DNA of 64,000 nt from Vicugna vicugna (Eukaryota). Shown piece after piece: positions 15,372 through 28,649 of this stretch; position 1 is the stretch's first letter; each line of letters opens with the position of its first letter. The notes under the pieces are model-generated. The model was not told the origin of the DNA. It saw only the letters and a list, made by a program, of their open reading frames with translations, and made no database searches. The translations under genes and the position numbers were made by a program. Where the stretch lies: positions 8,801,490-8,865,489 of the forward strand of contig MU058844.1 of assembly GCA_013265495.1 (NCBI GenBank). The letters run 5' to 3'.

Positions 15372-16247
15372 CTTTTGCACAGCAAAGGAAACCATACACA
15401 AAATGAAAAGACAACCTGTGAACTGGGAGAAATTTTTGTAAATAATGAGACTGACAAGGGCTTGATCTCCAGAATATACAAACAGCTCATACAACTCAAT
15501 AACAAAAACAAACAAACAATCCAATCAAAAAAAAAAATGGGCAGAAGATCTAAATAGACATTACTCCGAAGAAGACACACAGATGGCCAATAGGCAATGA
15601 AAGATGCTCAATGTCGGTAATTATCAGTGAAATGCAAATCAATACTAAATGAGGTATTGCCTTACACTGGTCAGAATGGCCATCATTGAAAAGTCCACAA
15701 ACAATAAACGCTGGAGAGAGTGTAGAAAAAAGAGTGCCCTCCTTATACTGTTGGGGGAAATGTAATTTGGTGTAGCCACTATGGAAAACAGTATGGAGGT
15801 TCCTCAAAAAACTAAGAATAGACTTACTCTATGATCCAATAATTCCACTCCTGGGCGTATATCTGGAGGAAACTCTTATTCAAAACATACATGCACCTCA
15901 ATGTTTATAGCAGTACTATTAATAATAGTCAGGACGGATACAGAAGCAACCTAAATGTCAATTGACAGATGATTGAATAAAGAAGATGTGGGGTACACAC
16001 ACACACACACAGATACACACACACAATGGAATACTATGAAGATATAAACAATTATGCACAAAATAAACAACGAAGTCCCACAGTATAGCAGTGGGAACTA
16101 TAATCAGTAATTTGCAATAACCAACAATGAAAAAGAATATGAAAAAGAAGAATATATATGTGTAACTGAATCACTATGCTGTATACCAGAAACTAACACA
16201 ACATTGTAAATCAACTATACTTCAATCAAAAAAAAAAAAAAAAAGAA
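15372..16247 (+). mobile_element. 5'-truncated LINE-1 (ORF2 C-terminus, 3' UTR, poly(A)), cetartiodactyl type
   Basis: Encodes ETDKGLISRIYKQLIQLNNK (L1 ORF2); ends TGTAAATCAACTATACTTCAAT + poly(A); candidate 17-bp TSD at 15355-15371 / 16248-16264 (15/17). Confidence 0.93.
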
Positions 16248-17139
16248 AAACTTAATGGAACTTTGAAAATACCTTTCCCCATTTAAATTCATAGTTATAA
16301 ACTACACTTCTATGATAAAGCTTTATTTATAGTAGATTTTTATAGTTTAGTGTAATAAGTACATTAACTAGAGACTGTACCATTTTACATGGTATGTAGC
16401 ATATAATACAATTTAATACTAATTCTGATCTATCATGTCAAAAGTTTCTTCATGATTGAGACAAAAGTTCTCAATCAAAACCACAGTAAGCTGACAAATT
16501 TCAGTTACTGTAAAAGTCATGATGTGCAGTATTAATTTTTGCCCAGGAAACAAAAGCAATTGATTTTCAATCGAAATTCTACTTGAGCTTCGGTGAAAAA
16601 GTCCTTTGGTCAGTATACCCAAAGGAGTAAAAAAAATAATAAAGAAAAGGCAAAACTCATGAATGAGGATGAACTTATTCAGGAGAACATCATATTTAGC
16701 CCTTTCATTTTCTTTAGGGAAGTTCTTTACCATAGTTACAGTTTAAGGTATATTATATCTGATTACTCACTATAACTATGGCAGGATCAGAAGTTTAAGG
16801 ATAAGGGTCAGATGGCATCTTGAGTTTTTCTTAAACAATTTATTGTACAATCACAGACACTGGGTGGATATTTAACAATGGGGAAAGAAATTCATGTAAA
16901 TGGAGGGATATATGTGAGTCATATAATTTCTATGGCAGAAAAAGCCTAAAACCAATCTCTGAAACCAACGTCTCATAAAAAATAAATATCCTAAAATAAG
17001 ACTCATCACAAACAATTTTGAGAACTTTTAGATAAATATGCAGACATTATCCATTCAGGAAACATTTATAGTGTCTATACTATACTAAGGCACGTTCTAG
17101 GTGATGAGAATATAGTAGCAAATGAAAGCGATACAAAGA

Positions 17140-17801
17140 TGTTTGAAACATACTTTAAATAGTTCAGCCTACAGAACATACTACTATGCAAATTTAGTTT
17201 AAGGGCCAATAACCAGGTGCCATCAGCTGCTGTAATCAATCACATTCTGGGGTGGTCAGCCCCCATTGTTTTAGAAAACTAAGGCTGAGGTGGTGGCTGT
17301 AATGAGTTTCGGATATGTAGTGAAAACCCGATGGTTTTCTGGTTGGCGTCTTGGACATCAGAAATGGGTTTATATTAGTGAAAAGTGTGACTCGACTATT
17401 ATGATGAATACTACATTTGGGGATTAGTGGAGAACCTAACAATATTTAAGAAATATCCATTGGTTAAAATGTTTTAGAATTATTCCTTTCTTTTGCACAA
17501 TAGAGCAGACAAATCCAGCAAATCCTGTATCTTGTATCCTACATTCAGTCTCAGGCAGGGGGATGACTTGCCGCTTGAAGATGGCCATAAGTATGACAGG
17601 ACATTGTTTTATCTGCCCTTTGTGCAGAGTGTGCTTGGAGCCCCTAAAAGGACAAAGACCTGGGAGAAGAAACGGAAGGCTGAGGAGGAGAGTTAGGTTC
17701 CCTAAGACCTCTTTGCCAGCTGCTGTAATCTAGATATAAAAGTAAAAAAATAAAACTTAAAAATTGTGCATGGCCAAATCAACTTAGGTTGGATAACGAC
17801 A
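17140..17801 (+). mobile_element. Unclassified LTR-like insert interrupting an L2
   Basis: TG...CA ends, TATAAAA and AATAAA near the 3' end; L2 sequence on both sides (17045-17139, 17802-17870). Confidence 0.5.
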
Positions 17802-18289
17802 AAAAATACCCTACCCTGTGGAGCTTATATTCTGGTAAGAGAAATGAACAATATACAAATAAACATGGTACCTATTAAACTACTTTACTGAGTATTCACA
17901 GAATGCCGCTGAGTAAATGGTTGAGCCAAGAGCTGAATGAAATGGATTGAAGTACATTTTTTTTTAAAATCACATCAGATAGGTATCATCAGGATTTGAA
18001 AGCCCTTCTTCCTAAAGAGTGCATAAACCAAGGTTGTTGGAATTAAGTGTCTGCTAACCATACAAAATGAGTGCAAGGTGGGAGAAAATAATCCTTGGTT
18101 CTAAAGAATAGTTTTATCACCTGGGAGAGACAGTGAGTATTTTGTCCTTTATGATACATAAACTGAGGTTGGAATACAAAAATATCTAACATCTCTTTCA
18201 ACTCTTAAAATTTAAGTGATTCTTATTCTAAATAGTCTAGGACAAGCTGACATTGTAGGCTTTGATACAAGTGAAAGTCAAGGCAAGTT

Positions 18290-18965
18290 TTCTTTTTTAT
18301 AAAAGCTTCATTGTGATATAATTCACATAACTTACAATTCCTCCATTTATAGGTGTACAATTCAATCATTTTCATTAGATTTACTGTCACCATAATCAAT
18401 TTTTATCTGTCTCCAAAAGAAACCCTGTACTTATTAGCACAGCACCCATTAGCAATCTCTTGCCACTTATTCCCCTAGGTTCACCTTCCACTCCTAGGCA
18501 ACCATCAATCAAGTTTCTATTTCTATGGATTTGCATACTCTGAATATTTACTAGAAATGGAATCATACAACATGTGATCCTTTGTGAGTGCTTTCTTTTA
18601 CTTAGCATAATGCTTTCAAGGTTCATCCATGTTATAACATTTATTACCACTTTATTTCATTCATTCCCATATAATAATATTCTGTTGTATGGATATACTA
18701 TATTTTATTTATTCATACATCGGTCGATTTATATTTTACTCGTTTTCACTCTTGCCTACTATAAATCGAATGCTGCCATAAACACTAATGTTCATGTTTT
18801 TGTGTTTTATTTTCTCCTGGGCATATATCTATGCCCAGATATAGACAGAATTACTGGGTCATATGATAACTTTGTTTAACTTTTTGAGGAATTGCCAGAC
18901 TTTTCCAAAGTTGATGTAACATTTTACATTCTACAACTAGTGTACAAGGGTTCCAATTTCCAACA
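18290..18965 (-). mobile_element. Old LINE-1 3' fragment (L1MB-like)
   Basis: GATATAATTCACATA, CTAGGCAACCA, AATGGAATCATACAA, TTTTGAGGAATTGCCAGAC; minus ORF contains TWMNLESIMLSKR (ORF2 tail). Confidence 0.85.
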
Positions 18966-19205
18966 ATGTAAATGTTTAAAGGTAAGCTTTTAAATTCTAA
19001 AGGTAATCTTAGAGACAAGCATCCCCCCAACCAAGTTTGTATTTAGTAGCCTCAAGCCCTCATCTTACTGTAACACTCTGAACTGACCCATGCAGTTTTA
19101 TTATGTATTGTAACTACTAAATAGTGTGCATTTATTTTGTCTCTCATTCTTTTAGGCTCTTATTTCATTATCTGCTATTTACTGAAAGCAATCACATTTC
19201 TCAGG

Positions 19206-19720
19206 TATGGTAGGCTGAATAGTGGACCCTAAGTATAATAATGGACCCTAAGGTTGAAAAATGGATAAATAAGTATTAATCCTTGGGACCTTTGTATCAT
19301 TGTGTAGCAGAATGGATTTTCCAGGTGTGATTAAATTAAGGATCTTGAGATGGAGAAATTATCCTAGATTGTCCAAGAGGCTCTAAAGAAAACCCCAAAT
19401 TGGAAGGCTGAGGGAGATTTGACACAGAAGAAAGCAGTGACCACTGAAACAAGATACTACACTGCTGGCTCTGAAGACAGAAGAAGGGACCATGGGCCAA
19501 AAAATTCAAGGAAAACAGATCTAGAAGCTGGAAAAGTCAAGGAAATTGACTGTTTTCTAGAGCCTCTGAAAGGAGCACAGCAATGCCAACACCTTGATTT
19601 TGACACAGTGAAACTGATTTCAGACTTCTCATTTCCAGAACTGTAAGAAAATAAATGTGTGTTGGTTTAAGCCACCAAATCTGTGTTAATCTGTTACAGC
19701 AGCCATAGAAAATTAATATA
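19206..19720 (+). mobile_element. MaLR solo LTR, MLT1D-like
   Basis: GTGATTAAATTAAGGATCTTGAGATGG, CTAGAGCCTCTGAAAGG, CCAGAACTGTAAGAAAATAAA, GTTACAGCAGCCATAG. Confidence 0.87.
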
Positions 19721-20309
19721 TGAGACGATATATTTACATTTTAATATGATTCTTAGGGGACCTGCACTGTCTTACCTTATAGGAATAATTCTAATGGAAA
19801 TATAATATAACAATGGTAATCACAGTAGATACTTGGAGTTAAACAAATTTTTGGTGTCTCATCAATCACACATTCTACATGGTAGCTTATTCTTAAACTT
19901 CCACAATTGGGAAATTACAGGAGATCATTAATCTTTGTGTAAATTTCAGGAATCCAGGGAACAAATTCTATGTTCCACCAGCTCAATGTGTAAGTGAGAA
20001 TGCATATTTATCCTCATTTTTTTTTTTACCCCCAAACCTATGATTACTAGATGTATGATTTTGACTCCTTGACTTAAGTGGAAGGAGGTGTAGCTGAGAG
20101 GTTTCCAAACTCAGGTTTTGGTATTTGATTACAAATTGTGCTAGAAAATACAATGCATGCATATCAGAGTTTATAATGTGAAGACTGAATGAGAAGTTTT
20201 ATAAAGTACTTAGTACAGAGCATAGTGCATAGTAAACATTAAGGTGGCCATTAGTTTCTATTTACTATTATTATTATTATCATCAATGGAGTTATTAATG
20301 AATGACAGC

Positions 20310-20570
20310 TGCATAGTAATGAAGGGGTCAGATTTTGATGTCAGACTCCCAGCCAGGATCTGGTTTCTGGCTCAGATAGACATTAGGTGTATGACACTGA
20401 AGAAGTCATTTATTATCCCTGTATCTCAGTTTCTTTCTTTATAAAATGGTTTTAATAACAGAACCAACTCACAGGGATGTTGTAACTACTGGATGAATTC
20501 ATGAATGGAAGTGTGAAGACTCATGCCTTGCACCTAGAAGCTTGGTAAATTTTAATACTTTGTATTATTT
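20310..20570 (+). mobile_element. MIR SINE (a second decayed MIR lies at ~20020-20280)
   Basis: CCCTGTATCTCAGTTTCTTTCTTTATAAAATGG...CTCACAGGGATGTTGT. Confidence 0.75.
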
Positions 20571-20714
20571 ATTAAAGATTTAAATTCCCTACCTTACCAC
20601 ACTGAGGGTCTCACCATTTCTGTTTGTAGAGTCATGTTTGTTACGGGTACTATAAACAAAGCATGTTGCTTGCCATTCCAGTTCTACATGGATCAAGCCA
20701 TTAGCCACTGCTAG

Positions 20715-21106
20715 TGTTGCCCACCAACAGTGCACCTGAAGGAGTTCAGGATAAAGAAAAACAGGAAGCCTTATGTGCTTTGGATACTGGCCCCAGAATG
20801 TTAAGATGTATATCTAAGGAATAATTTCAGTGAACCGAGATTCTTGCATCTTCCCACACACAGAAAAGCACTAAAATTATTAACTCAAGATTTCCATTCT
20901 TTGCGATTAGCAGTAATCTTTTGATGCTGGACTATATATATATTTTTTCCCAGCAAATAACTCATATATCCTGGCTCCTCCTTTATCTCTTCAGAGTAAC
21001 CTCAGAGCTATCTGAAAAGCTGTCTCCCAGGCTATAGTCTCAGTAAGGTCCCCAAATAAAACTTAACTTACAACTTTTAGATCGTGTGCTTTTCTTTCAA
21101 CTGGCA
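20715..21106 (+). mobile_element. ERV1 solo LTR, resembling the cetartiodactyl MER41-like family
   Basis: TG...CA ends, TATA-like tract, CTCAGAGCTATCTGAAAAGCTGTCTCCCAGGCTATAGTC, AATAAA at 21055-21060; family name from memory. Confidence 0.7.
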
Positions 21107-21649
21107 GTGGAAAAAAAAACTGAATAAATTGACATTGTGTTTCTGTGTCTTCCAGCCTGTCACATCCCCTTTGTCACAACATTATGCACACCACTATGTT
21201 GCCTGGATCCCATAAATCAGTGGGGAAAATCCCCTCTTAGGTAGCCTATTTACTTAACGCACTTGTATAGCGGTTGGAGGTTGGCGATAAAGAAGCTTCT
21301 GCAATTCTGAAAACTTCCCTGGGGGCAACATCCTCAGGCCTGCCACTTGTGTGCAAACATGCTTCTACTTTTGGGAAAGGAGCCTTGTTTGTCATGACAA
21401 CTCCCAGCCAAATACCTAATGGAGCTCAGCTTACAGAATCCAGGCTCCAAATTCAGGTCATGCATGGGGAAGGAGCAAAGCACCCTACACAAGCACACCA
21501 GCATTGGAAGGGAAGGCTGGGAGGGAGCAAACAAAACAATACCCTGAATTTTATGGATGAATTTTCTTCAGAAGTGTCCAGACTAGTTCATATAATTTAA
21601 TTCCCCAAAACATTATTTTTGGTATCTTTCTTAAGCACAACATTCTAGT

Positions 21650-21830
21650 GCCCCATACGTGCAGAGCGCTTAGAATGCATCATCATATTTACTCTTGACA
21701 AAATTACCCTGGGATAGATATTATTAACCCCATTTTGCATTTGAGAAAACAAAGATTAAGATAAGTTAGCTAACTCAGAAAAAAGATACAGAGAAAGGAG
21801 AGAATCAGGTTTTAAATCTACGCCTGCCTA
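21650..21830 (-). mobile_element. MIR SINE
   Basis: TTATTAACCCCATTTTGCATTTGAGAAAAC. Confidence 0.65.
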
Positions 21831-21839
21831 ATCTCCCAA

Positions 21840-22560
21840 CAGCAGATGGATGTACCAATGTGCTTTTAATCATTTTCCAAACATCAAACACTTAGGTTGT
21901 TTCCAATATCTTGTCATTGAAAGTAATGCCATAGTGAATATACATGTACATTAATCATTGTCAGGATTTTTATTGCCTCGAGATAGAATAGTGTAAAGTA
22001 ATGCACTAGGTCAAAGGGTATGTAATATTTTTAAAGATTATTTTTTAATATATGAGAGATTGCTTCCCAGAAAGGCGGTTCTGTGTCTTACTCCCAGCAG
22101 GTGTAAGCATGCTTAATTTGTGCACTTCCACCCACACTATTATTCTTTATTCTCAGTTAATTTGATAGGTAATGTAGAATATTACTTTAAGCAATTCACA
22201 ATGAAGATGAAATTATTGTAAACTTAATTATTCATATAATTTTAAAAGTTACACTTCATTTACAGTTATTACAAAATATTGGCTATATCCCCCATGTTGT
22301 ACAATACATCCCTGTACCCTATCTTACACCCAAAGTTTTTTTCTAAGTATACTGATCCATTTGTACTTTTTCTAGATAATAACCTTTATTATCTCTCTTC
22401 CCTAGATCACACACACTCACTTCCCTAAATTCCCATCTTATTCCTTTGCAGTTGTATGTTTTGTAGACAATTCTTCAAATTACTTGGTATTTTTATATGG
22501 TGTAAGGTTAGAATATAACTTTATTTTTTTCTCAAGTAGGTAGAAATTTGTAGCTGTGTC
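21840..22560 (-). mobile_element. Very old L1 fragment containing a younger L1 3' end piece (~22240-22340)
   Basis: ACACTTAGGTTGTTTCCAA and GGTCAAAGGGTATG; inner TTTACAGTTATTACAAAATATTGGCTATATCCCCCATGTTGTACAATA. Confidence 0.6.
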
Positions 22561-25500
22561 ATATATTGGTTTATTCTTGGTAGTTCTTATTAAAGCTTTT
22601 AATTAAGCCTATATTATAGATATTATCTTGTTCTTCTCTTTTTGCAATTTTTGTATCATCTTTGTAAAATTTCCCATCATTTTAGTTTTCCTTTATTATC
22701 TACAAACAGGCTTGTAATTCTATAAAGCTAAATAACAAACTAAAATCACAGAGTTAATAAGTGATGTGGCTAAGCCTGGATTTAAATGCAAACTTTCAAC
22801 TTCTAAATGCCATATAGCTATCATCATGCTAATCTATCTCCATTTTATTTCTCCTCCTTTTTTCCTCCCTTATTTCAGATAGAATGTATTTTTCTTGTAT
22901 TTTAATGACAGCACATGGTAAATGCAGTCTAACAGTTTCTAACATTTCTTGTGGTATTACATTTAAAGAGTCAACTTTCTGCTACATATTTAAGGCAATG
23001 TTTCCATTATGCCTTTCAGTACTTTTTGTATTAGCCTAAGGCCACTTCCATCCCTCAACACTTCCTCTAGTTTCCTTTTTCTTGAATAATGAGCACTCTG
23101 TCTTAGTAGTTTGCTGTTCAGCACAGATAAGATGTGCATTTTTCCCCTGGAATTTTCAGGTCCACCTGGATGCTGCTAGACCACTCCTCTCAGATCTTCA
23201 GCTTGAGAGTAGTTCAATGTACAAATTTCCCCAGTCTGGCAGCCTCTAGCCAATGTGGTTCTGCAAGATTAAGGATTGATCTTGTCCTTCTCATTTTGCC
23301 TTTTCCTCTAACTCTGAAGGATGGGTTTTTTGTTTTTTTTTCCTCCTGGATACTTTGAAATAAATGGCTGTTGTTTTTCCAGGCTCAGAATGGCTGCCCC
23401 AACATACGGTGCCTGTCATATCCCAGAACTGACATCCCTGCTTGGAAATGCTCTCACCTGGCCAAGTTACATTACTGGGTGTTTAGTCTCCAGGGCAAAT
23501 GCTAAAAGTATAGAGGGGGCTAGTAATGGCCTAGAACTGAAGAAAGAGCAGGTTCAGAGTCTTGGTGCAGATCCTGTTGCTCCAAGGGCACCATCCATGT
23601 GATTGTACCTTATCTCACACTCAGGACTTTCACCACGTGGTAATGTCTGTTTTACTTGCCAAAATATAGAGCAGCTCTGAGTATCTGCAGCATCTGGGAC
23701 ATCTGCTGTGTAGTAGAGGAAATACCTCCCAGAATGTGGCAAATTAGAAACAATACTCTCCCTTCTAGGGCCATGAAGACTCGAACACTCGTGATTTCAT
23801 GGGTAATTTGAGGAGAAAGCAGAGGAGGTGGATGAGCCAATCATTGTTAGTCACCAATATATGACAAAAGCCATAAACTTGTTTAAGAATTCTAGTATTA
23901 CACAAACTACAAAGATTTATGGATTTGTGACACCTCATTTGAACCCATCTCCCTGAGAATTGTTCTTGCAGTACGTGATTTTAGGCAAGCTAATGTGGAA
24001 GTTCTGCCTGTTTCTTGTCCATGCTTTGTTCTTTTTCCTACCTACTCCTCTTCATAGAATCCAGCACTGTGAAGTCATCGTGAGATACGTAGTAAGTGCT
24101 TATAAGTTGACTCTGACAGGTTTTCATCTCTTAACATTTGGCTCCATTGTTTCCATCCACCCCTCCTTAGTTGCTAATGCTTTTCTTCATGAAAGTTCAG
24201 ATAAAATTCACACTCGCTCTGGAAAACATCCGAATCATTTTCTATTCCTTCTTTTACTTCACTTATCTTTAAAAGGCACACATAACAAAGACCTGTTCCT
24301 GTTCTCTTGGATCAAATTTTTCCACTCAAGAGTATCTTCTATATTGTTTCCTCTTCCTTATCCAGCTATTATTTTGTACTTGAAACAATTTTTCAAAACT
24401 TATAAGGCCACTTGGTAGGGGCAGTTTCAGCTGCTTGTTCATAGCCATCTGCCTGATAAATCAGTGGTAGAGCCCAAAGTGGATGTAAGGATGTTAATCG
24501 TGTAGATTTACAATTCAAAATTCTTTCTAACATACTCATTATCTCATTGGAGGTTATTATTCATGTTATAGATAATAATTAGAAATTAATATGAAATATA
24601 TTTTTGATGAACTATGACATAATATGAATCCTTCATAAAGCTAATAAAATATTGCTTTGATCATATTCAATTTTGTAACAATTGATGAAAGGGAGTAAGC
24701 GAGACAATAAATATAAAATGTTTAGCACAGGGTCTGGTACATAGTAAGTACTCAATAAGTCTTCACTATCATTATTTATTAAGTGGCTAATAGATGTCAA
24801 GTGACCTGCTATTCACTCTACAGCTAAGAAAGCCTTTAAAGCAAATTATTTAATTATCTGGATTTCTTTTAAGGCTTTGATATTTTCCTGGGGTTTATTA
24901 TATCTACTTACTATGATTTCCAGTACAATTTAAATATCAGTATATCATTAAATGATTTAGAATTTACATGCCAAAGAGAGGTTATGTTTTCTTCGTTCAT
25001 TTAAGTTCCTTTAGTTGTATGTTGCAGTGAACCAGCCAGGTTCAGAATTGCGTTTGTTGAAAAGAAACATGCTCTCCTAAGTCCCCTTGTAACTGTCTGC
25101 CATAGTTTCTGCTTGAAAAAAACAATTAAAAACCTTTAAAATGTTTTTATGCGCTAATATTTCTTACATAATGAGTATATAAAGTGAAATCCTGTGATTG
25201 AAAATAAGCAATTCCTATGTAATAACATGGCCTTAGTTAGTATCAGATACCCATTAAGGCCATAGTTAGTAAGGGTAGCTTCTAAATCCTCCAATGTTTA
25301 AAATGAAAGCATGTAATGATCGATTTCATAAATATACTAAGGCATTTTTTACAAAGGATACCTAACAATTTCTCCATATGAAACACTACCAGGCTGTATT
25401 GCCATTAGCAACCTAGGGTGAAAATGACCACCACAGCAGTGTCCATAATACTTTCTGTTCACAGAAGTTGTATTTATGGTTATGATTGGTATTCTAAGAC

Positions 25501-26296
25501 TCAGATCCTTCCATTTTCACAGTCTTCAAAGACAAGATGTTTTTATACATGCTCTTTCTTGCTTACAGGATGGCATCAGTAGCTAACCCTTTCAACTGTG
25601 CAAAGTTAGCCTTCCGTTTCTTCCGGTGGTTGTCACAATGATCCCTAGTCTTCCTTTGGTCTGTGTGAATGATTCAGAAATGAGGAGAAACTGAACATAT
25701 GTATATTGCTTACTGTCAGTCAAGGCTTTCTGCCTATTCATTATCCTCTTTACACTAATATAAAACAAACCCCATGTCAGGAGAGGTACTGTATCTGTAT
25801 ATGAAGTGAGTTAAGTCAGAGCAGTATAACATGTAAGATGTGACACATCCCTTGAGGGGAAGCAGAGCCCCAGTTTTTTTTGAGAAGGAAAGGCACAACC
25901 TGCCAGGAGCATGCATACTTCTGCGTTGTTTAGTTGCTTGCACTGAGAAAAGCGGATGAAGAGGCTTGATTACGTTCTGGAAGAGGCACATTTCCACCAG
26001 GTATTGGAGCTGGTTGTGGAAATCAGTCTCTTTCCAGTATTCCATGTTTCCAATGTTTTCCTCCATCCTGTGTCCCACTATAAGGAAATTCTCAGTTATC
26101 TGCAGATCGATTCCACTAAGATGAGATCTGATAGTGATATACAGGACAGGCTTTCAGAAAAGGTGTGTGTATGTGTGTGTGTGCCAAGAGGTAAAGGGAG
26201 ACCTTGAAGCTCCAGAATAAACATAGTATATTTAGTTAGTAGTGCAGTCAATTGCATTTTAAAGAAACCTACCTGAATACTAAACTAAATAGAGAT

Positions 26297-26490
26297 ATAG
26301 CTGTGTTATCCAATACAGTGGCCACTAGCCACATGTGGCTCCTTAAACCTACATTTTAAAATGTATTAAATTAAAAATTAATTCTCCAGTCTTACTAGCT
26401 ACATTTCAAATTCTCTATAACTCCATGGGGATAGTGGCTACTATAATGGGTGGGGCACAACATTGCAGAAACTTCCACTGAGAGCAATGG
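26297..26490. mobile_element. hAT-Charlie MITE, MER3/MER33-like
   Basis: TCCAATACAGTGGCCACTAGCCACATGTGGCT and CTAGCTACATTTCAAA. Confidence 0.8.
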
Positions 26491-26509
26491 AGAGGTGGGC
26501 AGTCCTTGT

Positions 26510-26880
26510 GCTAGTGATACTCAGTTTCCTTCTAGAGTCTTACTAGGTTATTCATCATGTTTTCTTGTCCATAAGTCCACAGATCAAAGTGTTTGTCCCA
26601 CCTCTAGGCCTCATGCTAAGGCTGCAGGCAGGAAAAAGGGGAAGAGTAAGAGTCAAAAAGCTGATTACAGCTGATTCTCTCCCCACTTCTTTCTTCACAA
26701 AATTAATAGCTTTTCCAGAATCCTCAACTATTAGAGTCCTTAAAACACATGGAACTAAAATGAAATGAGTCACATGGCCTCCCCTGATGGGGAGAAGGTC
26801 TAGAGTGGTGAATATTTCTAACTAACTGACACATTGCTATTACAAACAAAGTAAGAGTTGTGGTGTACGGCAGAAGCAAA
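26510..26880 (-). mobile_element. Old MaLR LTR fragment
   Basis: GAGTCACATGGCCTCCCCT, ACACATTGCT. Confidence 0.45.
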
Positions 26881-28649
26881 GAATCAAAACTGAGTACGCA
26901 TTATCAGCGCCTGAAACTCGTGGGATACTTCTTTTATGGTATCAATTTTACTCGATTTTAAGCAGTTAAAAATATTTGCTTTAAAGTTTTGGTAAGCAAA
27001 TTTTAAGTAATTTAGATTATTAAAGTGCACATTAAAAGAAACATGGATATGATGCACTGTGCAGTAGAGTACAAAAATATCATGTTTTTTTTTTTAACAG
27101 AGCATAATACAAAGAAATCATGTCCTCTGGCATGACCCCTTTAATACAGACCTCCACATACTTTTGGGGTCCTTATTTTACCTCTTCTGCCATTAGGAGG
27201 ATTTTGGTTTAATTGTTTTAAATATTTTATATAGATTTATACACACACATATATATCTTCCTTTATTAGTAGATTTGCATTTTCATAGGAGGCTGTAAAA
27301 AACTGGTATGTCTTTAATACATCAAGAAATCATGGTGAGAGTTTAAAATATTTTGGTTGTTTGGGGTTATGTGGGGACTAAAGCTTTCTGCAGTCCCTCA
27401 GATAAGCCTGAAAGACAACTGTATACTCATGATATGAATCATCTCCTTTAAGAGGTGTTTGAAAGTTTGTATAGGATCTTCTTTAAATTAGAAATTATAT
27501 GGTGATGGAGAGAAAGCATCAGTCTAATTCTTCTGCCATCAAATAATTACTCTTAGGATGTGAATGTGAACTGACAAGAGAGTTTGTTTTAAATGCCTTG
27601 TGGTTATGTATTTTCTATGATAGCTATTTGGGGGACTGGAGGGTTTATGGGGAATATCTGTTCTGCTTTCCTGCAAAATAAGTGATTTTTAGGAATGGTT
27701 AGCCTTTCTTTATTCCAATCAAGTCAATTTTTAATACCAGAATGATCATCTTAAAATGTAGCTCTGAGATTTTTCTCTTCTCCAGTCATTAAATGACTCC
27801 CCAACTAAAAAACAAAACAAAACAAACAAAAAAGGAAGTACAATTTCCTTAATGACCATTGTAGATCTTCCAGGATCTGAGCCCAGCTGACTTCCTTGAT
27901 CCTGATCTTACTAGGACCCTCTATGTCTTCTCCCTTCTACTTCGAACAAATCCGATGATTTTCTCCACAATGCTTATGTGTTCCCTCTCAGAGCTTTAAT
28001 AATGCTGTTCCCTTCACCAACGTGGACACAGGCTTAATGTATCACATGGGTGACCCCACCAAAGGCAGGTCTTAGTAGAGAAGAGCTATGATTTTGTACA
28101 ATAAGTGACCTACAGTGAATTAATTGTCTACAATTTTCCTGACCCCCTCATTACAATATTTTCAATAAAAACATGGGTTTTTGATACATCATCACTTCTT
28201 GATGCCTTCATCCTAAAAGTTGCATGTTAGTCACAAATATTAAAGACTGAAATATGTCCCTTCATTTTGTCTCTGTGGGTGTATGGTTTTTCATCCTTAA
28301 TGCAATGATTTAAAGTGCTTAATATTTAATGTCCTTCAAGATGCAACATCTTATTCTGTAGTTAGACAAATTTCTTCATGTTACTATTGTGCTTGGCACT
28401 CTTATAGGGAAAGAAAAGCAGGAAAAGGGAAAAAGTTGGGGGGCTCTGCTTTCTCCCTTATAATTACTTACAATTTCAATTGGATACTAGAGCACAAATA
28501 AACACAGACAATAGCAACAAGTAAATAAAGTGAAGCATTTATAGTTTGAACACAGGAAAATTGAAGCAGCAGACATTTCATGTTTGCTTTTGTTCCAATG
28601 ACATGAGTAGAAAGAAATTCAAAAGGTCACTGAATTCATGTAATTAAAC

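Noticed and set aside
15135..15807. ORFs around 15.1-15.8 kb
   Set aside because: Frameshifted or antisense L1 ORF2 remnants.
17236..17442. NUMT or endogenous viral gene fragment
   Set aside because: No recognisable mitochondrial or viral peptide in the minus frames I translated; retained only as part of the unclassified insert.
23960..24418. 152-aa hydrophobic ORF
   Set aside because: Non-ATG start, T-rich composition, no splice structure or homology recognised.
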